A stretch of 52,041 nt of DNA from Lachnospiraceae bacterium. Its GTDB lineage: Bacteria; Bacillota; Clostridia; Lachnospirales; Lachnospiraceae. Both the position numbers and the translations under genes were made by a program. Position 1 is the stretch's first letter, and every line of letters starts with the position of its first letter. The notes below the pieces were generated by a model. It made no database searches. It saw only the letters and a program-made list of their open reading frames with translations, and was not told the origin of the DNA. The DNA is taken from assembly GCA_045603305.1 (NCBI GenBank), contig JAZULV010000004.1, forward strand, positions 1 through 52,041. The letters are read 5' to 3'. Below, piece after piece: positions 45,833 to 52,041 of this stretch.

Positions 45833-47977
45833 TTACACCTCAAAAAAATAATGTTGTTCTACAGTAGTTCTGTTTTGACTCTCATCATTTATAAGAAGAT
45901 ATTCCTTAGCAATATATGGCTTTATAATCTCGTAATACTCTTCATTTATTTCTTCATCGGTTGAAAGAATTACTACCTGTTTGCTGATATTAGGGAAGAA
46001 CTTCTCTGATATCTCTTTTCTATGGTTAGCATCGATACGCGCATAAGGAGTATCAATAACAAACGGTATATCCTTGCCCGACATTTCTATAATTGCCCAA
46101 TACAATGACAATATAAATATCTGACGTTCACCCTTTGACAAGCGACTAATATCTATACGCTTATACAAATCATAGCTACCACGCTGCGTGTCACACTCTA
46201 TTGCCTGTTGCAATTGTAGAACAGTCTTCGCCTTATACTTTTCACAAAGGATCTTCATTCCCTGCTTTCCAATTTCAAATGCAAACACTTCTTTCCCAAG
46301 ATTCTTCATTAAATAAAGTAATTCTGTGGCACTGTACTTAACATTTTGATAAAGGTTGAATTGAAAATCATCCTCTATTTCGATATGTGTAATTAAATTA
46401 TTCTTTCTATAAATATGCTGTAATTTCTCTACTATCAGTTTTTCAAGTTTACATTTGATCGACTCCGATTTATTATCAAGCATCTTTCCCATCATTTGAG
46501 ACAAGCCCATACTCAATTCAAATATATGTTTATTCTGAGCGTTATCCTTAATACCTTGAAATGCTCGGTCTCTTTGCTGAATTGCTACTGCCAGTTCCTC
46601 TTTCAAAGTTGTTAAACTAATCTCTGCATCATGAATTCTTGACAAAATCTCTTCTTTCTTTTTTAGCAGCGCATTTTCTTTTTCCGCAAACTTCCCTGCA
46701 TCTTCGTCTGTCATCGCACTCTTCAAAATGCGGTTGATTTCCATAGTTCTATCAGCAGCTTCCCGTCTTTTTTCAACCAACTCTACCATTTCCGCAACTT
46801 CAAAATCATCAATCGCAGAAATCATTGCGCTTACTCGACCGTAGTCTTCCTTAGATAGGTCATGCACAGGCTGTGCACCTTCTTTAAAGCCCTTCGGTTT
46901 AAACTTCCTAAGCAAGAATTCCATCAATGCATCAACAGTATCATCACTAACTTCCTGATTCGCATTAAGTGTATTCTGAATTTCCTGTCTCTTTAATTTT
47001 TGCTGAACATAATAATAGATTTCACCTTTTTCCTCAAAATCTAATTGTTCAGAAATTTTTCCTGTAAAATCGCGAAGGATATAAAAAGGCATCAATCCTT
47101 CAACAAACATTTTGATTTTTGTAAGGGTTTCCGTTTTAATATGTTCAGCTTCTGAATACTCTTTCAGAAGTGACTGTCGTTCGATTTCTGTTATTCCTCC
47201 GGCATTCTTAAAGGCACTCTCAACCTCAATCAATTCCGTTTCAATTTTCTCTAACTCACTTCTATCCGCTACAAGTTGAGATTCTAACGCTGAATAGTTT
47301 GTCTCTATTTCCTCTGCATTTCTACGCAGCTCTTCATATTGTGTATATATTTCTTCTTCATCATTACTTAAAGCTTTTCCCGCATATCCTGTTGTATACT
47401 TTCTAATAATTTCAAAGATATCTAATCCACACAAAGTATAAACTGCATTTTTGACGTAAGAGTTGTATGTGCTCGTCGAGAAAATGCTTCCAACTTCCTC
47501 ACCATCGAACAAGAAAAATTCAAACAAGTCCGGTGGAATCATACCCTGTAAATAGTTCTGGAAATATGACAACTCTTGATTATCTAATATACGACCTTCT
47601 GTTTTAACATAATACTTTTCTTCTAATTTGTGTTTTGTATAATCCCACGCTCTTGTTATCTCGTATTCTTTAACTTCTCGCTCAACCATCAAAGATACAA
47701 ATATCTGAACTCTTGATTCGACAACATCTTTCTGAAAAGATTTAGAATTAATGCAATCCTTGATTTTTGCAATATACGTAGGATTAACACCCACATAACC
47801 AAATGATAATGGTCCATATAGCGCTATCTTAATAGCAGAAAATAACGAGGTCTTTCCCGCTCCATTCTTTCCACCAATCAGAATAATGTTTTTACTATTA
47901 TCATCACTTGTGAAGTCAAACTCATTCAATCCTTCATAGGAGTTGAAATTATATAACACTATTTTATTTATTTTCAT
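45833..47977 (-). CDS. dndD: DndD, SMC/ABC-like ATPase of the DNA phosphorothioation system
   Basis: The track start is TTG. An ATG at about 47977 (MKINKIVLYNF) follows AAGGAG. Walker A is IGGKNGAGKTSLFSAI. There are long coiled-coil segments. The C-terminus has LSKGERQ (signature-like), PFVIDTP (Walker B) and ARID (D-loop). Confidence 0.85.
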   Translation of the reverse strand: MKINKIVLYNFNSYEGLNEFDFTSDDNSKNIILIGGKNGAGKTSLFSAIKIALYGPLSFGYVGVNPTYIAKIKDCINSKSFQKDVVESRVQIFVSLMVEREVKEYEITRAWDYTKHKLEEKYYVKTEGRILDNQELSYFQNYLQGMIPPDLFEFFLFDGEEVGSIFSTSTYNSYVKNAVYTLCGLDIFEIIRKYTTGYAGKALSNDEEEIYTQYEELRRNAEEIETNYSALESQLVADRSELEKIETELIEVESAFKNAGGITEIERQSLLKEYSEAEHIKTETLTKIKMFVEGLMPFYILRDFTGKISEQLDFEEKGEIYYYVQQKLKRQEIQNTLNANQEVSDDTVDALMEFLLRKFKPKGFKEGAQPVHDLSKEDYGRVSAMISAIDDFEVAEMVELVEKRREAADRTMEINRILKSAMTDEDAGKFAEKENALLKKKEEILSRIHDAEISLTTLKEELAVAIQQRDRAFQGIKDNAQNKHIFELSMGLSQMMGKMLDNKSESIKCKLEKLIVEKLQHIYRKNNLITHIEIEDDFQFNLYQNVKYSATELLYLMKNLGKEVFAFEIGKQGMKILCEKYKAKTVLQLQQAIECDTQRGSYDLYKRIDISRLSKGERQIFILSLYWAIIEMSGKDIPFVIDTPYARIDANHRKEISEKFFPNISKQVVILSTDEEINEEYYEIIKPYIAKEYLLINDESQNRTTVEQHYFFEV

Positions 47978-49355
47978 CTTCAATCTCCTTTAGAATTTCA
48001 TGATGAAGCCATTGCTGATTAAGCAAACGTTCCAAAGCATCCTTCATAATTTTTTGATTCGAATAATTTTTATTATGATAAACAGAAAGAATTACATTTC
48101 TAACCAAATCAAATGGAACATCGTTTGCTTCTGCTAATCTCTCTAATTCATCTACAGTCTCTTTATCAATCAGAGGTTCTTTATACTGATCCCATGGTAA
48201 TTTCTCGCCGGTTAGCTCTTCGTATAACTCGACAAGCGTTCGTCTTGAAAGATCTAATTCATCATCCCATATCTCATCAATTGCTTTAAGTTCTTCCTGA
48301 GTGATGAGTTCGTATCCCATTTGTTGCTGAGTTTCTATTAGCTTTGTCAAAATTAGCTTTCTGGCCTCCCAGGTAAATGGGCCATAGCCCATCTCTCCCG
48401 TCTTTGTTTCATAGACAGTTCCGTTCCTTCGCTTTTTCTCACGGTATTCATCTTTATCACGAATACTCATAATCCAAGTTCTAAATTCTGCTAAAGGAAT
48501 CAATTCTCTATGACCACTCCTGATAAATCCATTTAATGATTTATCATCTTTAACAACAGTACACACCCAACATCCAAATCTAGAATTACCACATGACTGT
48601 GTCTGCCCACCAGCATTAGCTCCTGCAAAAGGACATTCTCCACTATCCGCATCAGCATATAACGCGACAAGTTCATTATTGTTAGAACCCCAAGGTGTTT
48701 TCCCGCCATCAAGCTTTAAAAGAACATCCCAAACATCATCTGTTGTCAATTCGACTATTGGATTATATACATACGCATCTTGAATTGTTTCATGTCTATT
48801 CATCAAACGATTAGCTAATTCTCTACCTTCAATACGCCTTCTACGCGCTTCACTTTCAGCTTTTCGAACGCCTAGAAGAACAACAACCTCTTCACCTTCT
48901 TTTTTTATCACATCCCTAATATAATCAGCACTAGGATTAATCTTAAGCCTATCCGTACACCATCTAAAAGTTCCATTCATTCTTGGCGTTGGAAACCCTC
49001 GACCTATTACATTTGCCCAAAATGAGTTATCTGCTGGTGGTGTTACCATCGTAGAAATAACAGGCAACTCATCTTTGGCTGCAGCGTCACCAAGAAGTTT
49101 ATTCATTTTATTGAGATATATTTTTATCAAAGGATTCTCAATAAGTGTATCTGAAGAAACAATATAAACACTCTTATTTCTTTCCTCTTTCGGAAGGGTT
49201 AATAACATCTTATAAACCAATTCAACGACGGTCGTAGAATCCTTTCCTCCGCTATATCCAATTACCCAAGGGCGCTTATCCGACTGATAAACATACTTAA
49301 TCTCTTCTATCAGTTCCTCTAGCGTATTCTCATTAAAATAACTATTCGTTGCCAT
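47964..49355 (-). CDS. dndC: DndC, PAPS-reductase-like PP-loop ATP pyrophosphatase with a Cys cluster
   Basis: 463 aa with GYSGGKDSTTVVEL (PP-loop SGGKDS) and DSGECPFAGANAGGQTQSCGNSRFGCWVCT (Fe-S Cys cluster). RBS GAGGTAG. It overlaps dndD by about 14 nt. Confidence 0.9.
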   Translation of the reverse strand: MATNSYFNENTLEELIEEIKYVYQSDKRPWVIGYSGGKDSTTVVELVYKMLLTLPKEERNKSVYIVSSDTLIENPLIKIYLNKMNKLLGDAAAKDELPVISTMVTPPADNSFWANVIGRGFPTPRMNGTFRWCTDRLKINPSADYIRDVIKKEGEEVVVLLGVRKAESEARRRRIEGRELANRLMNRHETIQDAYVYNPIVELTTDDVWDVLLKLDGGKTPWGSNNNELVALYADADSGECPFAGANAGGQTQSCGNSRFGCWVCTVVKDDKSLNGFIRSGHRELIPLAEFRTWIMSIRDKDEYREKKRRNGTVYETKTGEMGYGPFTWEARKLILTKLIETQQQMGYELITQEELKAIDEIWDDELDLSRRTLVELYEELTGEKLPWDQYKEPLIDKETVDELERLAEANDVPFDLVRNVILSVYHNKNYSNQKIMKDALERLLNQQWLHHEILKEIEDENK

Positions 49356-49689
49356 CGTTACTACCTCGATGCTGAGCGACTTGGCTTAGTAGTCCAAGAC
49401 TCAACTCTTTCCCTTCGTCATCCATTTGCTTTATATAACTTAATATTTTGCGTTCAACATCATCTGCATCATCATTAAAAAATTCTCTTCCCACTAATTG
49501 ATCAAGTGAAATATTATATATGTCCGCAATCTTTTTAAGCTGTTCAATATCTGGGGTCGTAACTCCCCTCTCAATGTTGCTTATCACTTGCTGTGATACA
49601 TTCAGCCTTTCAGCCAGCTCCATTTGCTTAAGTTTTTTGCTTTTTCTTATTTCTGCTAATCGTTTTCCTATAGTCTGCATATCTTTCAT
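49342..49689 (-). CDS. XRE-family HTH regulator overlapping the start of dndC. It is the likely regulator of the array and stands in place of dndB.
   Basis: 115 aa with the HTH IGKRLAEIRKSKKLKQMELAERLNVSQQVISNIERG. Its 3' end overlaps dndC by 14 nt. Confidence 0.75.
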   Translation of the reverse strand: MKDMQTIGKRLAEIRKSKKLKQMELAERLNVSQQVISNIERGVTTPDIEQLKKIADIYNISLDQLVGREFFNDDADDVERKILSYIKQMDDEGKELSLGLLSQVAQHRGSNDGNE

Positions 49690-49887
49690 TCTCCATCAAA
49701 ACAAAGGATACAATAGGGCATATTTTACCCAGTTTGCACAGTTATACCGAATACAAATTATACACGAAAAGCTCAATAAATACAACAAAATTACGTATAT
49801 TCGCCCTTGACCAACAATATTATTGTATTTTATAATATATACAAACTTTTTGTTAGTCGTTACAAAGAAAAGGAGGATAAAACAAAA

Positions 49888-50889
49888 ATGATTTGTAAAA
49901 AATGCCAAGAAAAACTTACTCCCAATAATACTTATCCATCAGACCACCGATACTGCATAACATGTGGTAAGGAACATACCGAACACCTCTCTGAACGTAG
50001 ACAAACCTTATTATCGTTACGCGAAATGAATTTGGAATCTAAAATTATTCAAACCAAGTACCTAATAAAATGTGCCATTAGGGAATTCGGACTTGACAAA
50101 GTGTATATATCATATTCTGGCGGTAAAGATTCAACAGTTCTTTCCCATATTGCCAAAAGCATATACCCCGATATCTTACACTTGTTTGCTAATACAACAA
50201 ACGAATATCCCGAAACCATCCAACATATCAAGTGGGAAAAGGACGAAAATGGAACAAATATCATTTCCGTCCTTCCCATAGATTGCCACGGAGAACTTTG
50301 GACTTTTAAAAAAGTTGTCGAGCGATATGGATATCCGATGTTCTCCAAGCGGGTGTCTAATGCTATACGAACATATCAACATGCACTTTCCGAACGTACA
50401 AAGCAGAATTCACAAAATTACATCGATCGGAACTTTAAAAAGTATGATAAGTACAAAGATCTACCAATATCTGATAAGTGTTGTGATAAATTAAAAAAGG
50501 AACCTCTTCGTCGAAAAGCTAAAGAACTCGGATTAGAATGTGCTATCTTAGGCATACTTGCCTCCGAAAGTTACCAACGTGAAAAAGATTGGTTAGAACA
50601 TGGTTGCAACGTATTCCACAAACGAAATGATAATCAAAGTCGTCCATTATCTTTTTGGACTGATGAGGATATCCTCGAATACATCGCCAAATACGATGTT
50701 AACATTCCCAAACTCTATGAGATGGGCTATAACAGAAATGGCTGTATGTATTGCGGTTTTGGCGTTCATTTAGAACCTTCACACTGCAATAGATTCCAAA
50801 AGCTAAAGCAAACACATCCAACTCAATATACCTATTTTCTAAATAACTTTGGACAACTTATGCTTGAATTCGAGATAAATATTGTATAA
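49888..50889 (+). CDS. Zinc-ribbon plus PAPS-reductase-like (PP-loop) protein, divergent from the HTH/dnd operon
   Basis: The track start (49807) is TTG. A real ATG at 49888 follows AAGGAGGA. The N-terminus has CKKCQEKL...CITCGKEH (a C4 ribbon). It then has YISYSGGKDSTVL (PP-loop) and C-terminal Cys residues (NGCMYCGF). Confidence 0.75.
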   Translation: MICKKCQEKLTPNNTYPSDHRYCITCGKEHTEHLSERRQTLLSLREMNLESKIIQTKYLIKCAIREFGLDKVYISYSGGKDSTVLSHIAKSIYPDILHLFANTTNEYPETIQHIKWEKDENGTNIISVLPIDCHGELWTFKKVVERYGYPMFSKRVSNAIRTYQHALSERTKQNSQNYIDRNFKKYDKYKDLPISDKCCDKLKKEPLRRKAKELGLECAILGILASESYQREKDWLEHGCNVFHKRNDNQSRPLSFWTDEDILEYIAKYDVNIPKLYEMGYNRNGCMYCGFGVHLEPSHCNRFQKLKQTHPTQYTYFLNNFGQLMLEFEINIV

Positions 50890-50937
50890 AAAAGAGACTA
50901 ATCCGGAAAACTCCTTTTCTTGATTAGTCTCTTTTTG
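50888..50937. terminator. Bidirectional intrinsic terminator: 11-bp stem agagactaatc / gattagtctct flanked by A5 and T5
   Basis: It lies directly after the stop of the PAPS-reductase-like gene. Confidence 0.6.
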
Positions 50938-51002
50938 AACAATTAACTTTATTAACCTACATTCCTTTATCTAAATAGTTCTTTCATATTTTTATATGTT
51001 GA

Positions 51003-51120
51003 CTGCAGGGACCCGTAGCCATGCTTCCAAGGCATAAAGAAACGCACCAACTTATAGACTACATCAGTCCACAAATCAGTGCCTTGTTGGCAGGACAGCC
51101 TATCATGGCTACCTCCTGCC
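51003..51120. other. About 118-nt imperfect long hairpin. Arm pairs are gcagg/cctgc, gtagccatg/catggctac and aaggca/tgcctt. Its function is unknown; it could be a small RNA or a recombination site.
   Basis: Read directly off the sequence. It is noncoding and lies between two terminator-flanked genes. Confidence 0.25.
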
Positions 51121-51330
51121 GTAAACATATTTATCCAACTTTCCATTCATATATCATTCTTTTTCCCTCTGTATATGAAGTCGAAAAATGAACCTTTTCA
51201 TTCCATCTAAAATAGTAACAGTACTCCTTACTCTCAACCAAACTATCACTTATCATCACAAGCTTCTCAATCATTTTTTATTACATGTTATTTCAGCAAA
51301 CCATATCTCTTTCTTTTCCCAGTCAATTTC

Positions 51331-52041
51331 TTATAGTTTACATCCCAAAAACAAAGCACTTTCAACCAATTGCGCTACAACATCATCTTTTCGCTTATTA
51401 TCAGACTTAATTATGTTTTTGCGGATTTCACTTATTTCATCCCGCAAATCATTTGTTATCATTGTTAGTGCAATTTTTTGTGCATATGTTAACACTTCTA
51501 TTGTTTTAGCTAGCAACTTAATTTCTTTAAAAGTGTACATTTTATTCCTCAGCAAATTACCTTGACCCAAAGTTACGTTTACACCATTATTCAAAATCTG
51601 ATAGTTATCATGATTCGCAACATTTCTCCAATTAGATATTTTTTCATTCAACAACATATCCTTATATACAGCTTCAAATAGCTTGCTATTTTGTAAGAGA
51701 TTATCTACATGAACACCTAACTTGAAATTCTTTATCTCTTTCGACTTAACAATTCTACAACACGAATCAATAAAAAGTATATAATCTTTATCCACACCTT
51801 CTATTATACGGCCTATGTATTCGAACGCATCGGAGATTACATAATCTTCTCTATTGTCTTTGTTAAATACTTGGAGCAACTTGTCCGAATTTATAGTCAC
51901 CTTCTCCCCAAAATATAACATTCTCGGATAGAAATCTTTTAATATATTCTTTGCCCTTTCTTCATCAGCCTTTCGTGCAGACCAATATATATTTATAATC
52001 TCAGTTATCAAATCCTCAAAAACACCATCTTTAATAAAACA
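51331..52041 (-). CDS. Hypothetical protein, 5'-partial: the frame stays open to the window edge
   Basis: The track start at 52011 is TTG with no RBS. The same frame is open through 52041 (..CFIKDGVFEDL-ITEIINIYW..), so the N-terminus lies outside the window. It is AT-rich and no motif was recognised. Confidence 0.4.
   Translation of the reverse strand, partial: CFIKDGVFEDLITEIINIYWSARKADEERAKNILKDFYPRMLYFGEKVTINSDKLLQVFNKDNREDYVISDAFEYIGRIIEGVDKDYILFIDSCCRIVKSKEIKNFKLGVHVDNLLQNSKLFEAVYKDMLLNEKISNWRNVANHDNYQILNNGVNVTLGQGNLLRNKMYTFKEIKLLAKTIEVLTYAQKIALTMITNDLRDEISEIRKNIIKSDNKRKDDVVAQLVESALFLGCKL

Larger units (their letters stand above)
22500..52041. mobile_element. AT-rich accessory region bounded on the left by a Tn916-type int/xis module. 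It is a probable integrated element or defence island whose right end is not in the window.
   Basis: It contains an int pseudogene and xis at its left edge. There is a compositional shift relative to the core genes. Every gene in it is a defence or modification type, and none is a housekeeping gene. No conjugation or tet genes are present. Confidence 0.45.

Noticed and set aside
49807-49887. The N-terminal 27 aa of the track ORF for the PAPS-reductase-like gene (MTNNIIVFYNIYKLFVSRYKEKEDKTK)
   Set aside because: The track ORF begins on TTG inside the AT-rich divergent promoter. A canonical AAGGAGGA-N8-ATG at 49888 is far more plausible. The same TTG/GTG-start artefact was corrected for the genes at 8601, 30997, 34294, 43422, 47983 and 52011.
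1-52041. tRNA or rRNA genes, and tet(M) or other resistance cargo typical of Tn916
   Set aside because: No cloverleaf-compatible segment or rRNA-like conserved block was seen. The cargo behind int/xis consists entirely of defence and modification genes.

Overview
This 52-kb window comes from a low-GC, Gram-positive, Clostridia-like chromosome; the ChW repeats, gatCAB operon and Tn916-type int/xis point that way. About 85% is coding, almost all on the minus strand.

Positions 1 to about 22,400 are ordinary core genes. They comprise a 5'-partial ABC exporter, a ROK glucokinase, metK, murA and three secreted or membrane hypotheticals. They also include a BspA-LRR/ChW-repeat surface protein, an nfeD-flotillin pair, a small plus-strand XRE-regulator cluster, gatCAB and an LMW protein-tyrosine phosphatase. 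The murA-metK spacer carries a 137-bp near-perfect palindrome with no recognisable S-box, and four tandem copies of a ~59-bp GC-rich repeat.

From about 22.5 kb to the window end, and evidently beyond it, the sequence is visibly more AT-rich and looks accessory. It opens with a Tn916-family integrase interrupted by an in-frame amber codon (a pseudogene), plus its excisionase. No conjugation genes are present in the window.

Behind that module sits a ~24-kb, co-directional, tightly overlapping gene array that reads, 5' to 3' on the minus strand:
- an XRE HTH regulator
- dndC-dndD-dndE-dndA (a complete DNA phosphorothioation module; there is no dndB, and the C-D-E-A order matches the one reported for archaeal DndCDEA-Pbe loci)
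- an Mrr-like nuclease
- a UvrD-type helicase with an N-terminal NERD nuclease domain
- an 887-aa protein with a C-x2-C-x5-C iron-staple-like C-terminus
- an SNF2 helicase
- a RecQ-like DEAH helicase
- a 264-aa unknown, a 1041-aa P-loop ATPase and a 221-aa unknown
- a GmrSD type IV enzyme
- a strong intrinsic terminator

A divergent zinc-ribbon/PAPS-reductase-like (PP-loop) gene sits upstream of the HTH gene.

No canonical PT-restriction partner (DndFGH, SspE, SspFGH) is recognisable. I therefore think the helicase/nuclease/ATPase block is a candidate undescribed PT-associated effector system, or a stack of several systems, and it is the main item worth follow-up.

All domain calls were made by eye from motifs; nothing was searched against databases.
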